From: Candidatus Zixiibacteriota bacterium
GTDB lineage: Bacteria; Zixibacteria; MSB-5A5; DG-27
NCBI GenBank assembly: GCA_030605835.1
Contig: JAUWHO010000023.1
Coordinates: 201,834-265,833, forward strand
DNA length: 64,000 nucleotides
Reading direction: 5' to 3'
The notes under the pieces were generated by a model. It worked only from the letters and a program-made list of their open reading frames with translations. It was not told the origin of the DNA and searched no databases. Below are positions 49,688 to 60,000 of this stretch, in pieces (the first letter of the stretch is position 1; each line of letters begins with the position of its first letter). The translations under genes were made by a program, and so were the position numbers.

Positions 49688-51811
49688 ATGCCGAACACGG
49701 ACCGATTCTGCTTCCGATCAAGATTGCGTAACCTCTTCGAATCGCTTTCCCCCGTTCTCTGTATTCCTGTTCTAATCCCCCCGCTTCTTTTCTCAGTCCA
49801 AGGGGAGGCCTTCGCTCAGGAAACTACTCCATCGCTCCAGGACTCCAGCTCAGTTGAGACCTCCCTTTCGCCCCTCCAGGCAGAGGACACCTCCTTTGTG
49901 CCCTCGCCTTTTGACACCACAGAGCTTTTACCGGATACCCTCGAGTTGGTCGAGTTTGAGGATTCTATTGGATACCCTGTTGAATTGATCGAGGCCGAGG
50001 TTGTTCCGGGGGGTCAATATTCACTTTCCGAGAAAATCTACGGAGAGAGGCTGGAGGGCGCCCGGGCCAGGGATCTGTCCGGCCTTTTGGCACAATCCTC
50101 CAACGTCGACATCTTCACATATGGGCCCTACGGTTCGCCGACCAGCTTTGAGGTCTTGAATATCCCCCCTCTTGGGACCGAGATTGTCGTCGACGGAATC
50201 CCCTTTCGCTCTCCGGGGCTTTTCCTGCCGTTTTACGATGGCGTGGATTTGAACAACATTCTGATAGAGAACTTAGACACATTGAAAGTCCTTTACGGGG
50301 GCATGGCCTCCACCTCCGCCTGGGGCAGTCCGGTCGTCTTAGTGAAGCTGGATTCAAAAAGATATGAAAGCCTCCCCTCTGATTCCACCGAGGAAGAGGC
50401 GAGCCTATCTCTACCCCGCTCCCGAGTGCGAGTCGAAAGAGGTCCTTACAAATATCATCGCAGTCAAATCGAGCTCGGCTCTCGGATCTTCGGAAAGCTC
50501 GACTACTTCCTCGCTATGGGAATAAGAAAATCCTCCGGCTATCTGCTCACCAACGAACTGGACGGTCTTTACATCTCAGGGAGATTCTCCTATCCGCTTA
50601 GAAGAAACTTGCTCCTCGACCTCAACTTCCTCCGCCAGAGAATAAGGAGAGGTTTTCCTCTCTTCGACTACTGGGTGACTCAGAACCCGAGAAAGACCCA
50701 GGAGGTTTCCGCGCTCGGCTTCGGGTCTAAATACCTGTGGAGTGGAAACAAGTCCCTCTTTCTGAAAGGGTATTATCTTTATCAACCCCAGACTCTGAAG
50801 GACCTTTCCTTGGGGATTCACGACAAGTATGAAGACCGAGGCTGGGGAGCCCGCGCCGGCATCGATTTCGTCTGGGAAGAGCAGAGATTCTTAATCGAGG
50901 TCGGCTCCCGCAGAGAGGGATTGAAGATCAACCAGCGGCCGGAGGAGAGCTCTCTGGAAAGCTGGTTCGGTTTCACCAATGAAATCCGATTCTCCGATAA
51001 GTTGAGACTGCTTGGCGCTGCCAGGGTGCTGAATCACAACAGCTACGACAATTTCTTCCTCCCCACCCTGGGGCTCTCTTTTTGTCCCGGTGATGGCTAC
51101 GAGATATACAGCAGCGTTTTCCGTCGGGTCACCTGCCCCAGTCTCTATCATCTGTATTGGCCCCCGGAGAGCTATTCCGGAGGCTTCACCCTTCTGGGAG
51201 TGTACGATTACACGGAGTTGGGCAACCCGGATTTGAGACCTCAGGTTTGGTGGGGAGCGGATTGGGGTTTCCAATTCGCAAAAGAGAGATTCGATCTCTC
51301 GTGGTATCTGCTTTACGCCAATATCGACGATTTGATTCTGTGGTCCAACCAGGGTTTGACCTTTGATGTGTTTCACCAGCCGGTCAACACCTTTGCCACC
51401 CTGTGGGGGACGAACCTCTCCGGCAATCTCAAACCCCGCAAGGACATCCACCTCCATCTGGCATACACGTATAAGTCTTTGAGGACCGACGAGATCCCCT
51501 CCCCGGAGGTTACCCCCTTGCATACTATTCTCGGCTGGGCGGAGTTGGAAAGGTCTTTCCTCGGGGGAGATTTGACCCTAAAAGGCAGGATGGAGGGTAG
51601 GTACAGCTCCGACCGTTACCTGCTCGGATTCCGAGAGGTATACCAACCTTCCGTCTTTGTCCTGAGATATTCTCTTCAGTTTCGATATCTCGATTTCTGC
51701 TTCTATTACCAGAGCGAAAACCTGACCAATCGGGAGTATCTCACCTGGGGTTACAATCCCATGCCCCTGCGGACTAATTGGTGGGGGATAAGGTGGGATT
51801 TCCGGGATTAG
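49688..51811 (+). CDS. TonB-dependent receptor-like outer-membrane beta-barrel (start uncertain)
   Basis: Plug motifs (IVVDGIP, ENLDTLKVLYGG), GNPDLRP, C-terminal WGIRWDFRD. Confidence 0.7.
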   Translation: MPNTDRFCFRSRLRNLFESLSPVLCIPVLIPPLLFSVQGEAFAQETTPSLQDSSSVETSLSPLQAEDTSFVPSPFDTTELLPDTLELVEFEDSIGYPVELIEAEVVPGGQYSLSEKIYGERLEGARARDLSGLLAQSSNVDIFTYGPYGSPTSFEVLNIPPLGTEIVVDGIPFRSPGLFLPFYDGVDLNNILIENLDTLKVLYGGMASTSAWGSPVVLVKLDSKRYESLPSDSTEEEASLSLPRSRVRVERGPYKYHRSQIELGSRIFGKLDYFLAMGIRKSSGYLLTNELDGLYISGRFSYPLRRNLLLDLNFLRQRIRRGFPLFDYWVTQNPRKTQEVSALGFGSKYLWSGNKSLFLKGYYLYQPQTLKDLSLGIHDKYEDRGWGARAGIDFVWEEQRFLIEVGSRREGLKINQRPEESSLESWFGFTNEIRFSDKLRLLGAARVLNHNSYDNFFLPTLGLSFCPGDGYEIYSSVFRRVTCPSLYHLYWPPESYSGGFTLLGVYDYTELGNPDLRPQVWWGADWGFQFAKERFDLSWYLLYANIDDLILWSNQGLTFDVFHQPVNTFATLWGTNLSGNLKPRKDIHLHLAYTYKSLRTDEIPSPEVTPLHTILGWAELERSFLGGDLTLKGRMEGRYSSDRYLLGFREVYQPSVFVLRYSLQFRYLDFCFYYQSENLTNREYLTWGYNPMPLRTNWWGIRWDFRD

Positions 51812-52212
51812 GAGAACCTCAGCTTCTGCCCGCGGTCGAATATAACCTTGAATTTGTCCAAGCCGTGTTTTCTGCCCAGGGTGGGGGGAACATTGTCGGA
51901 GTTGGCGATTGCCACCGTCGCTAAGAGTTCTTTCCCGTTCAGCCGTATTTTCAGCCGGTGCAGATACATGAAGGTGCTGGAGACCATTCCGTGAATCTTA
52001 TAGCGACGGCGTTTAGTGATGTCTCCCACCAATATGATTCCCAGGGTCTTGGGAATAATGGAGATGTCCGCACCGGTGTCGGCCAAGACGTCCTCGACCA
52101 TAATCCACTCCTTAAAGACCCGAGAGAAAATCTGTAAGGTCACTCGAGGTCTCTTTATGGAGGCGAAGATATTGGAGGATTCCTTCTGGTATTTGAATTC
52201 GATCTTAGACAA
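51808..52212 (-). CDS. Retropepsin-like (clan AA) aspartyl protease
   Basis: LADTGADIS and LGR motifs, 134 aa. Confidence 0.8.
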   Translation of the reverse strand: MSKIEFKYQKESSNIFASIKRPRVTLQIFSRVFKEWIMVEDVLADTGADISIIPKTLGIILVGDITKRRRYKIHGMVSSTFMYLHRLKIRLNGKELLATVAIANSDNVPPTLGRKHGLDKFKVIFDRGQKLRFS

Positions 52213-52438
52213 TTAGAAACCCCGGGGGCGTCTTCCAGATAACGCTCAATTGCTCGGAGGGGAAATCTTTACGGACTTCCGGCCAGACTTCCTCGAGGTT
52301 TTTCCCCTCCCAGATGATTTTTCTCCCAGCTTTGATGATGTATATGGAATAGACGTTCGCGGCCGACTCCCCCTGTAAGGTGGTTCGGATCGCCCTCTTA
52401 GATGGCTCTCTGGAATTCATTTTCTCTTTCTGGACCAT
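52205..52438 (-). CDS. DUF5678-like small protein
   Basis: KIIWEGKNLEEV...KDFP pattern; 8-bp overlap with the protease gene. Confidence 0.55.
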   Translation of the reverse strand: MVQKEKMNSREPSKRAIRTTLQGESAANVYSIYIIKAGRKIIWEGKNLEEVWPEVRKDFPSEQLSVIWKTPPGFLIV

Positions 52439-52679
52439 TTCCGCTTTCCACCAATTAAGATACGGTAAGATTGCAGGACTCTTTAACGGTTCAACACTAC
52501 TAATTTATTAATTTGCGTAAAGGTATGTCAAGAGTTTAAATTGCCATTGGTGGCTACGGAGGCAGCACCGCAGCTAATAGACCGGCTCAGCGCGGCGTGG
52601 GAAGCCTCGGTATTAGACCACCCGAACAGTTTCGGTCCGCAGTCAATACTCGAAGGACGCCAGAATAGAAGGTGAAAAG

Positions 52680-53225
52680 ATGGAACGAGAAGAGGCCCTG
52701 AATTTAGTCAAATCCAAAGTCAGTCAAAAGAATCTGGTCAAGCATATGCTCGCCACCGAGGCCGTGATGCGGAGATTAGCCCGACACTTCGGGGAGAAGG
52801 AGGAGGTCTGGGGATTGACGGGCCTGATCCACGACTTAGACTACCAGGAGACCGTGGACAATCCCGATATGCACGCTCTCATCACCGCAGATATACTGAA
52901 AGAGAAGGGGCTCTCCGAAGAGATAATCCACGCCGTCAAGGTCCACGCCTGGAAGGCGGAGGCGGAATCGAAGATGGACTGGGCCCTATACGCCACCGAT
53001 CCCACCACCGGCTTCATCGTCGCCTGCGCTCTGATGCACCCCTCCAAGAAGCTGGCTAGTTTGGATCTCAAATTCCTTATGAACCGATTTAAAGAGAAGA
53101 GGTTTGCCGCCGGAGCCAACCGGGAACAGATACAAACCTGCGAGAAGATCAATCTCTCTTTGGAGGAATTCCTCTCAATGACCCTGGAGGCGATGCAGAG
53201 TATCTCCGAAGAACTGGGCCTTTAG
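52680..53225 (+). CDS. HD-domain hydrolase
   Basis: KHMLATE, HDLD, H, FAAGANRE. Confidence 0.85.
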   Translation: MEREEALNLVKSKVSQKNLVKHMLATEAVMRRLARHFGEKEEVWGLTGLIHDLDYQETVDNPDMHALITADILKEKGLSEEIIHAVKVHAWKAEAESKMDWALYATDPTTGFIVACALMHPSKKLASLDLKFLMNRFKEKRFAAGANREQIQTCEKINLSLEEFLSMTLEAMQSISEELGL

Positions 53226-53328
53226 AATGTCACCGTTCTCTCGTGCTCCTGTGGAGGTTGTGCCCCGGGTCGCTTGCGGTGAGGCCCCCTCCCCTGTCCC
53301 CGGTTTCCTGTTTCCTGTATCCTGAGAA

Positions 53329-53826
53329 ATGACGACTCCCCGCTCCATAGGGTTGGTTGCCACGATCGTGGGGCTGTCGCTTTTCGCTCAAGCGGCCGGC
53401 GGACAACTCTCTCCCCTAAAGATTGAGGGAGCATTACAGAAAAAGATCGTTCAAGGCGCAGACCCATGGGAATACACCTTCAGAGGACCTATTGAAGATT
53501 CTACTGAGAGCCGCCACCGAGATCTCGGCACCCTGATAAAAGCCGAGAGGGAGGAAAAGAAATCGCCCGACCTCTGGGCGGGGAAGGACAAGTACAAACA
53601 TTTTCTCCTTTCCGGTTTCTGGTCGGGTTTCAGCTATCTACTCTGTCATCGCCACTTCAATTATTCCGAGGAGAAGTCACTTCTCCTCTCCGGCGGTGTG
53701 GTTCTCTCTCTGGGGTTGAGCAAGGAGGTGCGGGATGGTTTTCAGGCTGACAATAGATTCAGCTACAAAGACCTTCTTTTCAACGTGGTTGGAATTGGCT
53801 GTGGATTGTTTATAGCCTCTCGATAA
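53329..53826 (+). CDS. YfiM/DUF2279-like exported or membrane protein
   Basis: DKYKHF...KEVRD...FSYKDL. Confidence 0.6.
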   Translation: MTTPRSIGLVATIVGLSLFAQAAGGQLSPLKIEGALQKKIVQGADPWEYTFRGPIEDSTESRHRDLGTLIKAEREEKKSPDLWAGKDKYKHFLLSGFWSGFSYLLCHRHFNYSEEKSLLLSGGVVLSLGLSKEVRDGFQADNRFSYKDLLFNVVGIGCGLFIASR

Positions 53827-53829
53827 GAG

Positions 53830-55083
53830 ATGACTTCAAGGAAGGTGAGGATTTTCAGCTGGGGGCTCTACGATTTCGCCAATACTATGTTCTCCATGAA
53901 TGTGGTCTCGCTCTACTTCGCCCTCTGGGTGGTAAAGGATATGGGCGGGACGGAGCTGATGGTTGGGGCCTCACGTGCAGCCGCGATGCTCTTCGTCGCC
54001 ATGACCATGCCCCTGGGGGGAGCAGTCGCTGACCGTTTCGGCCTGCGGATGCCTCTGGTGATTCTCTTCACCCTCCTTTGCTGTCTGGGGACTGCCGGAA
54101 TCGGAATCGCTCCCGATCTAACCCTGGGTCTTGTGTTTTTCGCCCTCTCAGTTTACGCCTATCAGGCCGCCTTAGTCTTCTACAACGCCCTTTTGCCGGA
54201 GGTTGCGGAGGGGAAGAATCTGGGGCGGATCTCGGGATTCGGGGTTTCCCTGGGCTATCTCGGCTCCATCGCCGGGATGTTGATGGTTAGGCCCTTTGTC
54301 GGCTCCGGGGAAAGCTTCTGCAGACAGGATGCTTTTCTGCCCACCGCGGCTTTATTCCTTCTGTTTTCGTTGCCGTTTTTCCTTTTCGTTCGCGATTCCC
54401 ATAAGCTGCCCATCAAGAATCTGTGGGAGAAAACCAAAGATGCCTGGGGGAAGCTAAGAGTGGCACTGACTCACTCCCAAGCATATCCCGGCGTCAGGAG
54501 ATTCCTTCTCGGACGTTTCTTCATCATCGATGCCATGGAGACGATGATCGGTTTTATGGCCCTATATCTGGTGGAGGTGGGGGGGTTCTCCCAGGAGAGG
54601 TCTTTGTTCTTTGGTTTAGATGAGGTCGTATTCTTCTTCGTGATCTCCACCACCTTTGCGGTGGTGGGAGCGTATTTCTGGGGGATGGGAGTGAATCGTT
54701 TCGGTCCCAAGAAGGTCCTTCTGGGGGTTGTTCTCCTATGGCTTGCAACCCTCCTTCTGGCGATAGTGACACCCAGGGGAGGGTTCTGGATTGTGGGACC
54801 CTTGGCGGGGCTTTGCATCGGCGGAATCTGGACCTCCGACAGACCGCTGCTCATCGGGCTGGTCAAGGACGAGAAGGTCATGGCGGAGTTCTTCGGGCTG
54901 TATGCTCTCTCGGGACGCTTGGCGGCGGTGGTTGGTCCCCTCATGTGGGGGCTAGTGATCGAGCTGGGCAAACCCCTGGGTAGTCTGAAATACCGCCTGG
55001 CGGCAGCCTCGGTCCTCTCCATGATGCTTCTGGGCTATCTGATCCTGAGAAAGGTGCCTGATGTCAACGAGAGATTGGCATGA
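53830..55083 (+). CDS. MFS transporter (ATG22/UMF1-like)
   Basis: WGLYDFAN, FYNALLPEV, EFFGLY; about 12 TM helices. Confidence 0.85.
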   Translation: MTSRKVRIFSWGLYDFANTMFSMNVVSLYFALWVVKDMGGTELMVGASRAAAMLFVAMTMPLGGAVADRFGLRMPLVILFTLLCCLGTAGIGIAPDLTLGLVFFALSVYAYQAALVFYNALLPEVAEGKNLGRISGFGVSLGYLGSIAGMLMVRPFVGSGESFCRQDAFLPTAALFLLFSLPFFLFVRDSHKLPIKNLWEKTKDAWGKLRVALTHSQAYPGVRRFLLGRFFIIDAMETMIGFMALYLVEVGGFSQERSLFFGLDEVVFFFVISTTFAVVGAYFWGMGVNRFGPKKVLLGVVLLWLATLLLAIVTPRGGFWIVGPLAGLCIGGIWTSDRPLLIGLVKDEKVMAEFFGLYALSGRLAAVVGPLMWGLVIELGKPLGSLKYRLAAASVLSMMLLGYLILRKVPDVNERLA

Positions 55084-56101
55084 ATATGTAGGGGCAATCC
55101 ATATTCATTCCACCCATTCCGATGGGACCAAAAGCATCGATGAGATCCTCCCCATAGCCTCTCGGGCGGGACTGGACTACATCCTGGTCTCAGACCATAT
55201 GACCCTGAAGGGATTGGAGGCGGGGAAGGAGGGTTTTTATGGTAACCTTCTGGTATTGATCGGATACGAAATACATGATTCCAACCATCACAATCATTAT
55301 CTGGCCTTCGGGCTGAAAGAAGTTCTCTCCCCGGAGCTTTCCCCTCAGGAATATGTCAAAGAGGTGGAAAAAGGAGGCGGTGTGGGAATAATTGCCCACC
55401 CCGACGAGGTTCGTCAGCTCCTGAAAAAATTCCCCTGTTATCCCTGGACGGCCTGGGATGCTTCTGGATTCAACGGAATTGAGATCTGGAACCATATGTC
55501 GGAGTGGATGGAGGGATTGACCCGCATCAATATCCTCAAAATGGCGATCCATCCCCGGCGGATGTTGCGCTCTCCGACGGCTCGTATCTTGAAGATTTGG
55601 GACCAATTGAGCGAAGAGAGACCTGTCGTGGGCTTGGGCGGTATTGATGTTCACGGCTATCCCTTCAAATTGGGTCCCTTTGGGCTCACGATCTTCCCTT
55701 ACAAAGTGCAGTTCCGGTCTATTCGCACTCATCTGCTGTTGAGAGCTCCTCTATCGAAGAACTTGGCCGAAGCCAGAGAACAGGTCTATTCCGCCATTAA
55801 GAACTGTAATGCCTTTATCTCCAACTACCGCTGGGGAGATGCAAGAGGTTTCCTTTTCGGGTTCGAGGTGAACGACAAGACTAGCTTGCCGGGGGAGGTG
55901 GTCTCTTTCGGCCAGGGGGGTAAGATCGTCTGCCAAAGCCCCAGACGAGCTAACTTGCGTTTAGTCTGTCGAGGCAATCTGGTCTTTGAGACCTTCGGGA
56001 ACTCCTTTGAATACTCTCCGAAAGAGGCCGGCAACTACAGATTGGAGGCTTACATCCAGGGACGGGGATGGGTCTTCACAAACCATCTCAGATTGTCATG
56101 A
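55061..56101 (+). CDS. PHP-like (CehA/McbA-type) metallohydrolase
   Basis: HIHSTHSDG, SDH, AHP, EIWN, DVH. Confidence 0.75.
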   Translation: MSTRDWHEYVGAIHIHSTHSDGTKSIDEILPIASRAGLDYILVSDHMTLKGLEAGKEGFYGNLLVLIGYEIHDSNHHNHYLAFGLKEVLSPELSPQEYVKEVEKGGGVGIIAHPDEVRQLLKKFPCYPWTAWDASGFNGIEIWNHMSEWMEGLTRINILKMAIHPRRMLRSPTARILKIWDQLSEERPVVGLGGIDVHGYPFKLGPFGLTIFPYKVQFRSIRTHLLLRAPLSKNLAEAREQVYSAIKNCNAFISNYRWGDARGFLFGFEVNDKTSLPGEVVSFGQGGKIVCQSPRRANLRLVCRGNLVFETFGNSFEYSPKEAGNYRLEAYIQGRGWVFTNHLRLS

Positions 56102-56170
56102 CCGTGCTGGGCTAAAGAGTCTTACGGAACCCCCGCCTGGAAAGCGTCACTGTCGGTAAGCAAAAGGGGC

Positions 56171-56264
56171 AAAAAAGTAAGGGTGAACCTCACTCGGGCA
56201 GAGGGGGGCTAGAACTACCCGGAGTAAAAAGGTATCACCCTTAACAAACTTTTTAATTTCTGCT
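56171..56264 (-). ncRNA. Candidate sRNA or 3' element: long hairpin with C-rich loop and U6 tail
   Basis: UAAGGGUGA...CGGGUAG-[UUCUAGCCCCCCU]-CUGCCCG...UCACCCUUA followed by C-UUUUUU. Confidence 0.5.
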
Positions 56265-56293
56265 CTATAAATAATATATTAATGCAAATGCGC

Positions 56294-56313
56294 AATAGGG
56301 GGTTCCCCCTATT
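56294..56313. promoter_or_regulatory. Inverted repeat, NarL/LuxR-type box candidate (alternatively a plus-strand terminator)
   Basis: AATAGGGGG-TT-CCCCCTATT. Confidence 0.45.
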
Positions 56314-56316
56314 TTT

Positions 56317-57024
56317 TTATTTTTCCTCCCTTATTTTTTTCTTCTTAGTTTTCTCAAAATCCCGAACAGGATCATCGCTGACCAACCCCATATCTATTGC
56401 GTAGCGCACTATTTGAGCACGCTGCCGTACACCTAGTTTCTCAGCAATATTGGCGCGATGATTCTCCACGGTTTTGTAGCTGATATTCAAGGTATCTGCG
56501 ATTTGCTGATAGTTCTTCCCTTCTCCTATGAGCTGCAAGATTTCTCTCTCCCTGGGAGTGAGGAGCTCGTAAGGGGAGCTTTCTGTTGCCATCTCCGTTG
56601 GATTAGTGAGTCTGTCAACCAGACCCCTGGAGACTGACGGAGACAGATATGACTTCCCCTCCGAGATAGCTTTGACCGCACCCACCAGTTCAGAGACGGC
56701 GCTGTCCTTCACCAAGTAACCCAGGGCCCCAGCCTTGAGCGACTTATAGACATACTCCTCGTTGGTATGTACGGTGAGGACCAGAATCTTGGCATCGGGA
56801 TACCTTCTTTTTATCTGAAAGATAGCCTCGAAGCCGTTTAAGTTCGGCATGCTGATGTCCATCAGGATGACGTCGGGCGTAACCTTCTGCAATGCTGCCA
56901 GAGCCTTTCGGCCGTCGGTGGCCTCCCCCACCACCTCGAAGTCGCGCTCCTTTTCGAGAATCATCTTTATCCCTTCTCGGACCAGCTCATGGTCATCGAC
57001 TAATAGAACTTTGACTTTGCTCAT
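56317..57024 (-). CDS. NarL/LuxR-family DNA-binding response regulator
   Basis: VDDH, MDISMP, LTPREREIL...KTVENHR. Confidence 0.93.
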   Translation of the reverse strand: MSKVKVLLVDDHELVREGIKMILEKERDFEVVGEATDGRKALAALQKVTPDVILMDISMPNLNGFEAIFQIKRRYPDAKILVLTVHTNEEYVYKSLKAGALGYLVKDSAVSELVGAVKAISEGKSYLSPSVSRGLVDRLTNPTEMATESSPYELLTPREREILQLIGEGKNYQQIADTLNISYKTVENHRANIAEKLGVRQRAQIVRYAIDMGLVSDDPVRDFEKTKKKKIREEK

Positions 57025-60000
57025 CGGGTTCCCCCTCTGGAATTGGTATGGTTACTAATAGGGTTGTACCTTTTCCCTTATCGGATTGTATTTCGAGCTT
57101 CCCTCCCAAAAGAGAGGCCCGCTCTCTTATGTTGAAAACTCCGAATCCTCTTCTGGCGTCGGTGGACTTCAGCACCTTCTCAGCATCAATGCCGATTCCG
57201 TCATCTTTGATTTCCAGAGAACAGACGCTGTTCTTAACCTGCAGACTTATCCAGGCTTCGGTCGCCTTTGAATGCTTGGCAATGTTGTTGAGTCCCTCCT
57301 GGACGATTCTGTAAACCGTGATTTTCAAATCTGGAGTCAATCTTTTGGTATTACCCTGAGACCTGAAGTGCACCGGAATGGAGAGTTGCTGGGAGAAATC
57401 CTTGATGAACCAGCGAAGAGTGGGAATCAATCCCAAATCGTCCAGCATCGTTGGGCGGAGCTTCTGCCCGATTGAGCGAATCTCCTCCATGGTGTCAGCC
57501 ACCAGCTTGGAGGTCTGGCGGATCCTGCTTTTCAGCTCTTTCCGCCCCGGGGGGAGGGAGTTCTCGGCGAAATCGAGGTTCATTCTCATGGCGGTGAGGG
57601 ATTGCCCAACGCTGTCGTGAAGCTCCGCAGCGACTGCTTTCCTCTCTTTTTCCTGAAGTTGGATCATCTCCGACGCCAAACGTTCCAGATTCCTTTTCTT
57701 TTCCTCCACCTCCTGCGCCAATTCATACTTTTTAACTGCGGTGGCCACGTGGTTACCGATGGCGGCAAGGAAATCGACCTCCTCTTGGCGATATCTCCTA
57801 TTCCCTTCAGCGTGATAGAGACACAAAGCTCCCAAGCTCTCCTTCTCACACTCCAAGGGAGTGAACATACCCGCTTTCATTTTAGTTTTCATGGTATACT
57901 CGTGTTCGGAAGGAGTGGCCTCCTTAAATGTCTCGGGATTAAGGAACCTGATTTCCCCTTGCAGGCACACTGCCGACAGATTAGGGAATTTGGCCAACTC
58001 TATTCTTTCTCCAATCACTGGGAAGGGCTTAACCTTCTTGGCGTGAAAAGCCTTCACCACTGCAAAATTCCTGGTCTCATCAAGTAGAGTCACAGCGCAA
58101 CGGTCGGCGCTAAAATTGTCCGCGACCAGTTTGACGATTTGCGCAAGGAAGCCGTCGAGGTCGGTGTATTCTGTTGCGGCCCTGCTTATGCTCAAATAGG
58201 TTGAAAGCCTCTTATTCCAGCTGGCCAGTTTCTTGGCCTGTTCGCTGGTATTCTGGAAAAGCTGTGCGTTCTCGATTGCTATCCCTACCTGGTTTCCGAT
58301 GGCAGCTGCCATCCTTTCCAAGAAGGGATCTAATCTCACCTCCTCTCGACTTACCAGGTTTAAGACCCCGATCGTTTCCCCTCTCGCAGTTACCGGAATG
58401 CAGGTAAGAGCCTTTAACCTCTGCTGATAGAAAAACTTGTGGACTTTCTTCCTCCGCGCGGCGTTTAGCTTATCATAGGAGATGACTTTGCCGCTCTTGA
58501 AGCACCGGCCAGTTAAGCTCTGTTGGACCTGGAAGGTGACCTCCTTGAGCTTCTCAGCAGTTGCCTTGGTGGTGTTATAAGTCGACCTGAGTTCCAGCCT
58601 TCTCTCAGTTGGATTATGCAAATAGACAGCGGCCATCTGAAAGCCTAAGGCCATACAGGTCTCCCGCATGACACTTCTCAGAACTTCGTCTAAGTCTAAG
58701 GAGCTATTCACGATCTCGGAGATCTCGCTGAGGAGCTTGCTGGCGGTTATATCTTCCACGCTGCCTTCATAGTACAGGGTGTTACCATCACCATCCCGGA
58801 TCGCCCTGGCGTTTTCTCGCACATATAAGGTCGAACCATCCGCTCTAATCCATGCAGACTCCAATCCAACGACCTCTCCTTTGGTTTCAATGAGATCTGC
58901 GAACATCGATCGAGGAGATGCCGGTCCAAATCCCGATTCTTCCAAATTGCGGTGGGAGAGTACATCCAAAGTTGAATACCCCAACATATTCAGCAACGCC
59001 GGGTTGGCCATAAGAATCCGTCCGTCTGGCGTAGTCCGATACAAGCCGATCAATGAATCCTCGAAGACTCTACGGTATTTCTCCTCACTTTCCTGCAGTG
59101 CTTCCTGCTTCCGTTTCAGAGCTTGGTGGATGGAGGCGTTTTCGATGGCTATCCCCACCTGATTTCCGATGGCAGAGGCCAACCTTTCCAAAGAGGGCTC
59201 CAACCTCACCTCCTGCCGACTTACCAAAGCCAACAGACCGATTTTCTTCTCCTTTGCTACTACCGGGATATAGGCCGCCGATTTCAGCTTCAGGTCGTAA
59301 AAGATCTTGTGGATTCTGCTTTTCTCCTTTGGGCCCACTTTATGAAAGGAGGTGATTTTGCCCAACTTAAAAGACTGTCCTCCAAAAGCATCGTGCAAGT
59401 GAAAGCCAAGCTCCTTGACGTTTCGGGTACCTGGCATCGTCCCCTTATAGCTGGAGACCATGTCCAGTGTTTTCTCCCTGGAGTTGTAGAGGAACATGGC
59501 AGCGGCCTGGTAACCTAAAACCTTGCAAGTCTCTCGCATGATGCTGCTTAAGACTTTATCGAAGTCTAGAGAACTATTCACAATATTGGAGATGTCGTTG
59601 AGGAGCTTAGACTCCAAGTTGGACTGGAGGAGTTCCTCTTCCTTTTCCAGAAGCTCCTGGTTTTTCCTCCGGAGGGTCTCTTGGTCCCTTTCCAAAGCCT
59701 GATGAACGGTGGCTCTCTTATAGGCAATGGCAGCTTGCTGGCCCAAATTAGTCAGAAGTTGCCCATCCAGTTCGGCGAAGTCGGGATCTTGACCTCTTCT
59801 TCCGACTGACAGGACCCCTACCGGCTCACCGTCCAAGAGGAGAGAGACCGACAGAAGTTTCGTGATTTTCAGTCTCAAGGTTGCTGGGTGGATCCCTTCG
59901 GAGAGATCGTCGTCAGCTTGGATATCGTTTGAGTAAATCGGCTTTCGCAATGTCCAGGCCTTGCCGGTCACGCCCTTACCGATCTTTACTCTTATTCTTC

